Assembly: GCF_036365525.1 (NCBI RefSeq) | Contig: NC_090379.1 | Coordinates: forward strand, 110,213,350 to 110,277,349 | DNA length: 64,000 nt | Reading direction: 5' to 3' | Source: Heterodontus francisci | Taxonomy: Eukaryota | Part shown: in pieces, positions 50,421 through 62,749 of the stretch | Layout: every line of letters begins with the position of its first letter | Position numbering within the stretch: position 1 is the stretch's first letter | Program-made: the position numbers and the translations under genes | Notes under the pieces: generated by a model | Databases searched by the model: none | The model's input: the letters and a program-made list of their open reading frames with translations, nothing else | Told to the model about the DNA's origin: nothing

Positions 50421-50519
50421 ATGTCAGATTCATTGTTGTAAATAGCTCATGCTTTCATTGCTGAATTGCAAGATACCCTTGCTCCCTCAATGGGCTGTCA
50501 TTGTAGGTACAGGCCACAT

Positions 50520-51430
50520 TTGGCCAGCGTGTCAGATATGCCAGAGTTCATTGTGAAGCTCGCTGCTTGACACTTGAGTGACAAATAGCGAGCAGTATGA
50601 TTATTTGATGCACGCCAAGAGCGTCAACCAAGTCCACATGAAAATCCACTCCATCCATGAGAAGTTCCGCCAAATCTTTGGTCAAGATAGCTACAGATCT
50701 CTTTGTTTAAGGCAATACTTTTCTGTTGATTACCAACTCCACCACGTTCTCCATCATCCATCACATCAAGCACATTAATTGCTGACACTATCAGTTTCCA
50801 TTTATTTGGTCCCGTGGAGGAGATAGTGTTGGAGATAATGGCTATGCCTCTCACAGTCCTCCGACAGTCAGTGGGCTTGGATGTTGCATCCTATATCAGC
50901 TGCTTGAGTGCGTATGTGGTGCTTTCACCAACCTGTGGCCCTGAACCTAAGTTCGAGCACAAACCCACCAACCTGAAAGTATGACAGAGCCCCGCAATAA
51001 AACATCAAATCATTCGAAGATATGTGTAAGAAATGAGCTGTTAACCATGTTACATCTTCAATGCATTACCCTAGGTCGAATGGCCTAGCAGGAAGAATGG
51101 GACATACCATCAAGTCATTGATTGTGAACTATCAAGAGTCTAAACAAGATCTCCACGTAGTCAGGTTCCACTTAAGGGCAACACCAATTGGCACATGATT
51201 ACCATCACCTGTGAAAATTCTTTTTGGAAGGCAAGTCAAAACAAATCTTCCAAGTCATCATTTTATGAAATCTCCATCAATCCAGAATCAACTGTTGGTG
51301 AAACAAGAAAAGATGAAAGCTGCAGACGATAAGCATGCGAGGCATGGAGCTACCTCCGGTACAAATTGGGCAGGAGGCCAGAGTGATCTTCTGGTTCTCT
51401 GTGGAAGTGTCCAAAATGTGCAACAAACCA
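50520..51430 (+). mobile_element. Gypsy-like integrase remnant
   Basis: WSKIATDL, HYPRSNGLAGRMGHTIK, LFGRQVKTNLP. Confidence 0.75.
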
Positions 51431-51587
51431 AAGTCATATGACGTAACCACCCCATTGGGCCATTGGACATTGGGACCAGCTCTGGGGGAGATGGGGCGTT
51501 TGCAGGCTGGACATGTTCCATGTAAACAGAGATGGGACCAATGTCCTCGCAGAACGTTTTGCTAGTGCTCTTGTGGATAGTTTAAAC

Positions 51588-51900
51588 CAGGCGTGTCCAA
51601 CCATTTCATGTAAGGGGCAGCATTATAATTTTTGTCATACATAACGGGCATGTGAGCAAATTTTGGAAAGATAAGGTACTATTAATCGAAACCACAAAAG
51701 ATATGCATTTTTGTCAACAAACTTCAAATGAGGAGATTGATTTATTAACTTACTTTCTCGTCACTGTGTTGAACACTGATTTAGTGACATATCTGGCATT
51801 GTTTTTGCTTGCAGAAGTAGAAAAGGTTTGCCCTAATGCTTGATGTAGTGATGTGGAGTATTCCAGATAGATGTCCATCTGTCAGTAATGATCTTAATCC
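51588..51900 (-). mobile_element. hAT (Charlie/SPIN-like) terminal fragment
   Basis: TIR-like CAGGCGTGTCCAAC; minus strand RSLLTDGHLSGILHITTSSIRANL...QKQCQICH*. Confidence 0.6.
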
Positions 51901-52610
51901 CTCTCTCTGACACTCTTCCCTCTCTGTCCCCCTTTCTCACTGACCCTCTCTCTCTCTCTCTCTATCCCGTTCTCTCTCTGTCCCCGTCTCTCTCTCCCTA
52001 TGTCCCCTTTCCCTCTGACCCTCTCTCTCTCTGCCCCCTATCTCTTTCTATCCCCCCTTTCTCTCTCTGCCCCCCCCCTCTCTCTCACTCTGTCCCACTC
52101 TCTCTCTCTCTCTTTGTCCCCTCTCAGTCTCTCTCTCTCTCTCTCTCTGTTCCCCTCCCTCCCTCTCTCTCTCTCTCTGACCCCTCTCTCTCTCTCTGAC
52201 CCCATTTCTCACTTTCTCTCTCCCATCTCTGTCTCTGTCACCTTCTCTCTCTGTCCCTTTCACTCTCTGAGCCCCCCTCTCTTTCTGACCCCACCTTTCC
52301 CTGCCCACCTTTGTCTCTGCCACCATCTCTGTGCCCCTGCCTCTCTGTCCTTTTCTCTCACGCTGCCCTTCCCCTCTCTCTCTCTGCCCCCTCTCTCACT
52401 GTCTCTTTCTGTGTCCCCTTCTCTCTGTCCCCTCTCTCATCCCCTCTGTCTCTCTTTCTCTGTCCCCCACTGTCTCTATCTCCTGCGTTCTCTGACCCCC
52501 ACGCTCTCTGACCCTTGCGTGGTCTCTGACTCTCATGCACCCTTTCACCCTCGTGCGCCCGCTGTGTCACTCCCCCCTCCCCCATCCCCCAAACCCTCTG
52601 TGTCATCCCC
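51900..52610. repeat. CT-rich polypyrimidine low-complexity tract
   Basis: ~700 bp of (CT)n and TGTCCCC/TGACCC units. Confidence 0.9.
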
Positions 52611-52979
52611 TGCTCCTGGGGCCTGGTTAACCCAGCACCCTGTTCCCAGGTCCCGGGGCACCAGTAGAGGTGACAGTAAAGATGCCAGAGGCCCTCTGAG
52701 TTGGGTGTACCGAGTCTCCAGCTGCCTCTGGAACAGACCACGAGGCATCCAATGCTGAGAAGCACACTCGTTCAGGCGTCCTTTTCATGTGCTAAAAGCC
52801 TCAGAACTGGTGCTGCCATGACCTCACTCAGCTCTACCAGTTGATTTGACGTTCTATTTGTGACCTTGGACCATGCTGCTCCATTCAACTTATTGGGTTG
52901 TCACTCACCAAAGAACATGTGTTCAGTTGCAAGATGGGCCCAAACACCCAACGTACAGGTAAGGTAACTTAGACTAACT

Positions 52980-54004
52980 TGTGATAATGGAAATGTTGTT
53001 GAAGTACTTTGGAGGGGTTTTGGAGATGAGTTCCTGGATTTGGTAGGAAGTGTTGCTGCATCCTCACAGAAAGGGCAGAGTATATGGTAACTTGTCCACG
53101 CAAAGGCTGCAAAAAGTATGGACAAAATCTGAAGCGTTACAAAAACTGACATTGTCTTTCAAAAACAAATGGAGCTTTCTTGCAATAAGTGAACAATGCT
53201 TCAAAATGGCCACCAAAGGACAAAGTACTTGGTCTCTGTATATTCAAACTCTTTGACAAGGACAAAGGAAAATCTTCAAAGAGAAGAGATGTCAATTGCA
53301 CCCATTCTACCCCCATCCTAAAATATTCCAGAATTGAATGGGTTCTTCTGAAACAAAGAAAGTGTGAAATAACTATGCCGTGGGCCATTGTGCAATCACC
53401 ATGGGGGAGAGTCCAAAGTGTCTCCCACCCAGAGGTGAGAGGTAACACAGCTTTCCCTTAAAAAAGCTGCAGGAGAGAGAGTCTAGAGAGAGACATCCAA
53501 TAAGCAGCATTCAGCAGCTCATTTCCAGGCACATGCCCTATTGTAGAATTTTGCATCTACAATATACAGCAGTACACTAGAAGTGATCCAGTGACTTCAA
53601 CCGAACTTTCAACCAAGAGAGAAATTTACAATCATTTCAGGCCTGCAACTAACGAGAACATGATTTCCAAGAAAATTCAACAGGTTGACTGTGACTTCCC
53701 CGAAACCTACCCGCATTTACCCCTTTTTTACTCTCTATCTGTCTCTTCTTGTGTGTGTGTGTGTGTGTGTGCACGAGCATGATCAAATGCATGAGTGGAT
53801 GCAAATGCGGCAATTTTGGAACCAGGTGCATTGATCAATAGCCAATTGATTTTTTGTTCTTAAACCTACAAGAAAACCTGTTGCTGTCTGTTTATTTGAC
53901 AAATATAACAGCAAGGGATTAAATCCCAATGACAAAACACTTGCTGCAATCAGGTAGGAGTTGAACAGCGGAAACCACCTAAATCCCACCACGTGGCTGT
54001 AGCA
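52980..54004 (+). mobile_element. Putative solo LTR with internal (TG)n at ~53750-53771
   Basis: 3' part is a reverse-complement relative of 16826-17000 and 63084-63260; TG...CA ends; start approximate. Confidence 0.55.
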
Positions 54005-56230
54005 AGGTCAATAATTTGCCTTTAATTCCATGAGCTACAACTGAAGCTAACAGACTCTCATGAGGGGATTTATTACATGCCTTCTTGAAGTTCATAAAAA
54101 TAATACACATGGACATTCCCCTGTCCACTACTTTAGTCACCACTTCAGAAAATTCAATCACATTCATCAGGCATGAGCTACTGTTTATAAATCCAGGCTG
54201 GCTGTCTCTGATCAGCTTAAAATTTTCAAGATGTTCAGTCACCCTTTTCTTAATTATCGATTCTAGCAATTTCCCAACAACAGCTGTGAGGCTAACTGAT
54301 CTAACGTTCCTTGGTTTCCCTCATTCACCTTTATTAAATAGTGCAGTGACATGCACAATTTTCCAAGCTAAGGGTTCCTGAATTGAGAGAATTTTGGAAC
54401 ATTATAGTTTGAGAATCTGCAATGTTCCCACCTACTTCTTTGAAATCCCTGGATCAAAATGATATTGACCTGGGTATTTGTCACTCTTTAGTGGCATTAA
54501 TTTCCCCATTAATGTTACCTTGCTTATGTCATGCCAAGTTTGTTGAATGACAATTTTCTTTCATTCACTGACTGGACATCTGAATTTATATTTTTGAAGA
54601 CATTTTTAAAGAGATAAAAGAAAAGATGACTTTGCTGGCAGCTTAAGACAACCACTTTGCAATATTGTATCCTACATTGCAAGGCCTGTGAGGAAGGAGA
54701 TGAAACGTCTGCTCATTTCCCAGCAAGAGCCAAGTCTCAGGAAGTTAAGGGAACTATCTTTACTTTTCAGCAAGGAAAGAAACACTGCTAACATGGTTGA
54801 ATCACTGGCTGACTGTCATGTGACAATCCCCTCCCCGTCTGTTGTTTTAATCTTGCATTTCTCTGCAGCCAAAAGGAGAAGCTTCTGGACTCTGACACGT
54901 GCAGACCCAAGCGGCGGGAGTTAGGGTTAGGGTTAGGGTCCCTCTTTCTCTCCCTCTCCATTTCAGCTTTTAAGCTTCAAACTCTAACTGTTGCATACTC
55001 CGGCTACAATCAGAAACCCCATTGGAGGAAAGCATCCACATCGCGGTCTCAATGAGACCCATCAAACCAGTCAGCTACCTCTTCAAAACTAAAAGACATA
55101 GGACCACTGAATTCAGCTAGAAGCCATCAAACTGTATGCCCCTTTGTTTTCTATAGACTCTAACTCAACCAATCTACCTTTCCTCACTCTGCAAACTTTG
55201 TGTGTGGCGTGTGTGTGTAACCTCCAGAGTGTGTGTGTGAGTGAAAGTTGACTCGTTGTTTATTATTTTGGTTTAGGTACAATAATGTTAACCTCTTTTT
55301 TTTTTGTTAAACTCTATAAAACCTGTCTGACTGGTTCTTGTTATAAGCATAGCAAGTAAGTAATCAAACACCTACTGAATTGGCCAGTACATCCAATTTT
55401 TAAAAAAAGAATTAAACCTGTTGTGGTCAAACAAGAATAGGGAAAAGGGGAAAGCCCTTTGACCCCTCCTCACTTGAGTTAAATTAATTCTGTTGAGTTG
55501 CTGTCCCTAATTCAGTAATAGATTCCCTGGGATGTCTGGCATGCTGACCTCTTGTGAATACTGGCACAAAGTAATTATTCAACATGTCCACCATTACTTT
55601 TATTGACAACGTCACTGTAATCAATTTTCAAAGGGACCACATCACTTCGACCACCCTCTTTTTCCTGATATAATTTTCAGGGTGTTCAGTAACTCTATTC
55701 TTAATTATAAACTCCAGTAATTTATTGAAAATGATGTTAGGCTGACGGACCTATAAATCCCTGGTTTCCTCTCCCACATTTCTTAAATAGCAGAGTGTAG
55801 TGCAATTTTTCAATAAAAAGGAACATTTCCTGAACTGTGAGAACTTTTGAAGATCATAATCGGGCATCAGCAAATTCTTTCAAAACCCTGGGATGAAAAC
55901 CATCCGATCCTGCAAATTTGTTGCTCTTTAGTAACATTGTTTTTTTTTCATTCTTGTTAATTTACTTAGATTAATTTTGGTGAGTCACCATCCCTGATTC
56001 AATATTAATTTGTTGGGATGTCCAGAAGGCTATCCTCTTCCTCTACAGTGAATACTGATGCAAAGTAATTATTTAAACATGCCTACCGTTTCCTTACTTT
56101 CATTTATAATTTAAACATTATCAGTTTTTAAGGGGTCCATGTTGCTCTTAATCATTCTCTTTTTCTGATTTAAATTTAAAAGATATTTTTGTATTGATTT
56201 TGAGATCCCTTGCAAGTTTCTTTTCGTCCT
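54005..56230 (-). mobile_element. Decayed CR1 RT region, interrupted by an LTR-like insert (~54530-55480)
   Basis: LESIIK..HLENFKLIRDSQPGF...SCLMN..EF...MNFKKA..K.PH. Confidence 0.7.
54921..54938 (+). repeat. (TTAGGG)3 interstitial telomere-like repeat
   Basis: Direct read. Confidence 0.85.
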
Positions 56231-56461
56231 CCTGTTTCATACTCTGTGTTAAATTGAGGGGATGGGTGGAATTTTGAAACAAAGCTGATGAAAATGGAAA
56301 ATGGAAAATTGACGAAGGGTCAGATAGTCGCGGACGTAGGTTGGAGACATAGATCTCCAGAGGAAATGAGGTCAGTGATGGTCTGGGAAATAAAATAGTC
56401 ACGGTGATCTGTTGCAAAATTGAATGCAGAATAAATAGGTGAAGGAGCATTGTAACCAGAG

Positions 56462-57399
56462 TCAATGATTGAAAGGTAGCTCTGCTTTTAGGTGATCTGC
56501 TTTAATTAATTTAACAATAACAGTGAATGGATATTTGACTGCATTCTTCAGCTGCTCTCTGAATTTAGTCTGGGTCACTACATAAATACAGGTGTTGGTG
56601 CAGGTGCTCAAAAGCTGCAGCATGTAGCCAGATTGTTCAGCGATATATGCAGGATCATGGGGACCTGTATAATAAGAAATTCTAGTAATTCGCCCATAAA
56701 GGAAAAATGCAACATTTGTCATCCATAACAGTATAAAACTGCCAGATATAGTGAACATTAAAATGATGGATTTCCTTCGGTTCTCCATCTCTGGGTCAGT
56801 GTGATTCTCACTCTTGCTGTTATCCAGTAGTTTCCTGCGGACTCTGCTGGCCACTAAAATGTGTCTGACAGTCAGAGCATTGAACAGTAAAATCAGAACG
56901 AATGGAAGGAAAGGGGTTAAAATAATACTGAGGCTGTGAAATGCTACCCAGGCAGTTTTGGTGTAAAAACTCACGGATAGAGTGGAGCCCCAGGGTACAT
57001 TGTCAATTATAAATTCAGGTTCATATACGAAATACCAAGGAATATTTTTCAAACAGAACAGCACACTCACTGTCGTTATAACCACATTCACAGTTTTCTC
57101 TGTGCAATATTTTGTTTTCAGCTTGTGGCAACAAATTGCAACAAATCGATTAAAGGTGAAATTGACCGTGAACCAGACAGAAATGTCTGTGGCTGCGTAA
57201 AGCAGGACATGTAAGAGAGAAACTGCAGGAGTGGTGTCCAGGTAAGTACCCGGGAAATGAAATGGAATAACTGTAAGCAATAATACATCAGTGAAAACAA
57301 CCAGTAGATCTGCCACTGCCATGGCCACCAGGTAGTGGGTGATACATTTGGAGAGTCCGCACTTTCCTCGTGACAGGATCAGAATGGCCACTGAGTTAA
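56462..57399 (-). CDS. GPR139-like: GPR139-like GPCR paralog C, exon 2 (spliced product 336 aa)
   Basis: Open frame with 7TM pattern; NRF in place of DRF; CAG acceptor at 57400-57402. Confidence 0.92.
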
Positions 57400-57683
57400 C
57401 TGGAATAAATAGAGAAAACAAGAGAATTATAGATAGACATCTCAGACAACATAGGAATTACATAGGAACATGGGGACTTCAGATGAGCTGTTGGCCATTA
57501 AACCCATCAAACTTGGCTTGCCATTCAATTACATCATGGTTGATCTGTATTTTAATTTCTTACATGCCTCGATTCTGTAACCCTTGCCTAACAACAATTT
57601 ATCAATGTCATTTTTGAAATTTTAAATGGATCTAGTTTTAACAGCATTTTGGGAGAGAGATTTCCTGATTTGTACCACTCTTT

Positions 57684-58535
57684 CGGGGAGTTTAATGCTC
57701 TCCCCCTCAGCGACATTGGAGGTGATGAAGAATATACCCAGGCAGGATGTTGGCGGGAATGGATCCCCGTCACTTTCCCACCTCCACCGAAATTAAGTCT
57801 GGAGTGGGAAGGCGTGTAGTTGGCCTTCCCGCTCCACAGCCAATTAGAAACATAGAAAAATAGGAGCAAGAGTAGGCCATTTGGCCCTTCGATCCTGCTC
57901 TGCCATTCAATACCATCATGGCTGATCATCCAAACTCAGTAAAACTTGTTCCTGCTTTCTCTCCGTATCCAATTCATGCCCAATTAAAGGCCTCATCCCA
58001 CCACCACTGTTATTAGCCCAGCAGCTGGTAGCCCCGTCACCGCACAGGAATCAGGCTAAGCAACCCCAAGTGCATTGCTTTCACGCTCTGGTGAGGGTGG
58101 TCCCTCGTTAAAAGGCACTTAGTACCTGAATGAGGGGACCAGCATTGGGAGGGGGCCTGCTGCGAGCCAACCCCTGCCCTTGCTCCACCTCTCAACATGC
58201 TCTCCCCATGACCTCCAGCCCTATGATACCCCTCCTGCCCCTACTTACCTGTGGCCTGGTTACAGCACCCTGGTGAGTCCCGTACCAGCAGCATCTACCA
58301 CCTCCATGTTGGCACTGCTCTGTTAAAAAGCTGCCGGCCTCTGATTGGCTGGCATCGCTCAGAGGGCGGGATGCCCATTGCCCGGATCCTTAATCACGGG
58401 GAAGGCCCACAGCTGTCCACTTAAGTGCTGAATTGGCATATAATATGGCAGGCCATCCCCAGCAGAGGTGATGCAGTGTTCTCCCCGGCGTTTTAGCTGC
58501 TGGTTGATGCCACCATCACCACAATAAATCCTAAC
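57684..58535. mobile_element. GC-rich non-autonomous DNA transposon (Harbinger-like) in the paralog C intron
   Basis: Interrupts the intronic CR1 remnant that is contiguous in A and B; degenerate GGG...AAATCCTAACC ends. Confidence 0.55.
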
Positions 58536-60175
58536 CTTTGTGTGAGGACGTGCTTCCTGACATCACCCTTAAACAGCCTAACTCTAATTATAAGTTTTTA
58601 TCTCCTTGTTCTGGACTCCCTACCAGAGGGAATAATTTCTCTCTATCACCCTATGAAATCCTTTAATCAACTTAAACATTTCAATTAGTTGACAATTACC
58701 CGTCCATATTCAAGGGAATACAAGCCCGAATCTATACAACCCTATGCTCATAACTTAACCCTTTCAGCACTGGTATCAGTCCCATGATTCTGAGCCTCAC
58801 CCCCTTCAAGGCCAATCTATCCTTCCTGAGGTGAGGAACTCAGAACTGAATGCGGTTACTCCAAATGGGTTCTAACCAGAGCTCTGTGCAGCTGTAACTG
58901 AACTTCCACACCTTTGTTTTCCAGCCAAACTTGAGATAAAGGATAACATTCCATTAGACATTCTTATGATTTTTTTGTTTGGGCCCATGAGCTTTAATGA
59001 TTTCTGTACTTGGACCCAAATTTCTTCTCATCCACAGTTCCTAACACGTCCCCATTAAGCTATATTTTGATCTATCTTTCTTAGGTCTGAAATGGATGAT
59101 CTCACACTTTCCCACATTAAACTCCATCTGCCACAGTTTTACTCTCTAAGTTGATCAATTCAAGTCCCTTTGCAACTTTCTGCTCCTATCTAACTGCATG
59201 TCATCAGCAAACTTAGATATGCTGCTCTCTATTCCATCATCCAAGTTATTAATCGATACAGTGAAAAGCTGGCATTCTCTTATGCATCATGTTAGTTACC
59301 TCCTCAGAAAGTTCAACTAGGTTCGATATGACAATCCATTGACAAGTCTAATTATAGATAGGGATCCCAGAGAGCAAGGGAATTACACACAGTGATCTTT
59401 GAGGCAGGAAGTGACATCTAGTGATACCAGGGAGCAAGGCAGCCAATTTGCCCACAGAAAGCTCCCACAAACAGAAATGTGATAATGAGGATGAATGTTT
59501 CACAATATCAAAGCAATTGAATCATTGATAACTGAGGTAGCATTTTGTTCTGGAGATATAGTTTGAAAATCAGTAATTATTTTGGAAACGATAGCATGAA
59601 TCCAAACAAATAGCAGAGAACAAGACTCATGGGAAGAACAGACATGGGCACAGTGTTTACTGAAGGTGAATTTCAGAATTAATTCAGATTTTGCTGTCGT
59701 AACAGAGTTGAGAGTATGTGAGAGGTGAAGGAAGATGAGCTGATGGAAGAATGGGCAGATGGTTGATGACCTCTGGTTTTAAAATTGGATAGATCCTGAC
59801 AGCTGAAGAGATAAAGCCCTGGTGGTTCAATTATTTATAGGATACGGCCAGTGTACCTGCTCAAAGTATATTCTCTGTAAGGTCGAGTGAAATATATCTA
59901 GTTAAAAGTCTTGGCACCATTTGTTACACACAAGCCTGTTTTCCTCTCAACACTATTTCTGGTCATGCTTTCACACCATCATTTAGTATCGTAACTTGTG
60001 AGGTAAACATTTATAATGACATTTCCCTATGTAAACAGTTACCTTTTATGGTTTATTGATGAAACCACTGGATTACTCAAACTGTTTTCTGAAAAAGTCT
60101 AACATTCATTCTAATAACAGAAATGTGTAATCACAAAAATAAGGTTTGAAACAGAGTTTTCAAAACCAATAATAT

Positions 60176-60529
60176 GGGCGGCACAGTGGCGCAGTGGTTA
60201 GCACCGCAGCCTCACAGCTCCAGGGACCCGGGTTCGATTCCGGGTACTGCCTGTGTGGAGTTTGCAAGTTCTCCCTGTGTCTGCGTGGGTTTTCTCCGGG
60301 TGCTCCGGTTTCCTCCCACAAGCCAAAAAACTTGCAGGTTGATAGGTAAATTGGCCATTATAAATTGTCACTAGTATAGGTAGGTGGTAGGGAAATATAG
60401 GAACAGGTTTGTTGGGAATATGGGATTAGCGTAGGAATAGTATAAAAAATGGGTGGTTGATGTTCGGCACAGACTCGGTGGGCCGAAGGGCCTGTTTCAG
60501 TGCTGTATATCTAATCTAATCTAAAATCT
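60176..60529 (+). mobile_element. Full-length HE1-like V-SINE with 8-bp TSD AATAATAT, in the paralog C intron
   Basis: GGGCGGCACAGTGGCGCAGTGG start, B box GGTTCGATTCC, (TCTAA)n tail; TSD at 60168-60175 and 60530-60537. Confidence 0.93.
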
Positions 60530-60610
60530 AATAATATACATTTCAAAATAACATGGTTAAATTTATGTACTCGAAGTTATTTGCTTCCATTAAATGTTTA
60601 ATTGGCTTAC

Positions 60611-60683
60611 CAAGAATTCCAATAACTGCAAGAACAGGATAGTAAATGTCTTCTATCTGATGGAGTATTGTTGGTTCACGCAT
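60611..60683 (-). CDS. GPR139-like: Paralog C exon 1 (MREPTILHQIEDIYYPVLAVIGIL, 73 nt)
   Basis: ATG at 60683; G|GTAAGC donor; phase matches exon 2. Confidence 0.9.
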
Positions 60684-60764
60684 TTTCAGTGAGACGTGTT
60701 GAGTTCTTTTGATGCTGGAGACAATAAATCTGTCTGATTGCATGAAGCATGCAGAGGAACCTCG

Positions 60765-60809
60765 TATTTATACAGGAGGGAAATCTCAACTGAGATGTTA
60801 GTTACATCA
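60765..60809 (-). promoter_or_regulatory. Paralog C promoter: TATAAATA (60765-60772), GGGAAATCTC (60778-60787), TGATGTAAC (60801-60809)
   Basis: Same spacing as in A and B. Confidence 0.65.
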
Positions 60810-62408
60810 TTATTAATATCATTTAGACCTCACTGAACAAACAAGTGGAGACATTGATATGAAAAGTTACATGTTCATCATAGAATAAAATATTATTAAC
60901 TGGAGCTTACATTGACTGAATGCAATATATTGCATAGAAAATATGACTGAATGTGACCCTGCTAGAGGAGTATTATTGATGCATTAAACATAGGTAGTTT
61001 CATCTATGGCATTGACATTTTCTATGGACCATGTCCTTTCAATTCAATATTGAATGTCAAGAATTTTTAGACATTTTTAGTGTATTTGCCTTGTGCATTT
61101 GACATTAATATTACCATTATTACAATAAATTGTCATAAAAGACCTATACATTGTAGATTGTGATACTTGTGGACACCGATGTGGTCTGGATCTTCTTCTC
61201 TTGCCACCAGGAGTGGTGGCATGTGAAAAGATTGGTGGCCCACATGTGCGGGCTGTGCACCACCATGGTGCTGTGATCTTCCTCGTGGCAGCCCAAGATA
61301 ATGAGCCAGTCGGGCCTTCCCACCCCCAATCACGATGAGGGAGTCGGCTCTCCGGCGCCCGCAATGGCATCAGCTGGCTGTGCTCAGGGGCTGCTGCCCT
61401 TTTTATAGGGCAGCCAGCCCTACCAGCTCATTTACATTTTAAAAGTCTACTTTCCCGTCCCCCCCCCCACAAAGTACCGCCGAGAAATCTATCACCCTTC
61501 CCCCTCTAACAGCAGTTAAATTCAACATTTGCCCTTGCAAAGCACTTACCAGCAACACTTGACCTTCCCCACAGACCCCCATCATGCTCCCGTAATCCAA
61601 TCAAAGTGCAGAGTTGTCCCCTTCCCACCCTCCCCTACACTTGTAATTTGCATTAGAGCCCATCCCCTCACTAAAAATTATAAGATCCCCCCTTCCCCAC
61701 CATGGTGCCTCATGCTTACCCTGGACGGGAAAGTGATGGCACGTGAGTCCCAGCCACTGCTCGAAAGAGCGTTGCCCAAAGGTAAGATCACTATTAATTT
61801 TATTTAAATCTCTTCATTTCATTAATTTTAATATGTTATTCTGGGTCCCATCTGCCAGCGGCATGGTGGCCACCATGGAGCCAGCACTCCCGGCGTGGGG
61901 TTCCGTGACGGGCCACTGCCGAAACAATCTTGCTGTCCGTCCCACTCCACCTCCCTGGCAAGGAGCCCGAAGTCAGGAGCTCAGTAAAATCATGGATTGT
62001 GTTGGACCAATAAATTGTATTTGTACACCACTTAAAACATTGAAGAATGCCCCACAAGTACATAAAGAAGATGGCGCTGAGCAAAGGAGTGAGCGATGAG
62101 TCGAAGTGATCAAAGCTTCATCAAAGAGATGGGTTTTAAAAAGGGCCCACCTCTTTGTCACTTCAAGATTCAATTATTCCAATGCTTCCCCAGCCAGGTT
62201 CCCATCCTCCACACACTACAAACTTCAGCTTAGTTGAAAATCTACAGCCCATATCCGAACCCACACCAAGTCCTTCACACCAACATTGACCTCTGGTCCT
62301 CCCATGACTCAAATTTAAAATGATCATCCCCCTGTTCAAATTCCTTTGCATCTTCACCTGCCCCCATCTCTGCAGCTACATATTTTCAACTCCAACCCAA
62401 AATTGTCC

Positions 62409-62749
62409 TTTTTATTTATTTAGGGATACAGCACTGAAACAGGCCCTTCGGCCCACCGAGTCTGGGCTGACCATCAACCACCCATTTTTACAAATCCTGT
62501 ATTAATCCCACATGCCTACCACATTCCTCAATTCTCCTACCACCTACCTACACTAGGGGCAATTTACAATGACCAATTTACTTATCAAACTGCAAGTCTT
62601 TGGCTGTGGGAAGAAACCAGAGCACCCAGCAGAAACCCACGCAGTCACAGGGAGAACTTGCAAACTCTGCACAGGCAGCACCCAGAATCGAACCCGGGTT
62701 GCTGGAGTTGTGAAGCTGCGGTGCTAACCACTGCGCCACGGTGCCGGCC
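62409..62749 (-). mobile_element. HE1-like V-SINE
   Basis: Reverse complement of the family with A and B boxes. Confidence 0.9.

Noticed and set aside
52000-52765. 252-aa S/L/P-rich ORF and antisense E/R-rich ORFs
   Set aside because: Translation of CT low-complexity DNA
60684-60743. In-frame upstream ATG extending paralog C by 20 aa
   Set aside because: Only ~22 nt from the TATA box, at or before the likely TSS, and the extension is not conserved in A and B
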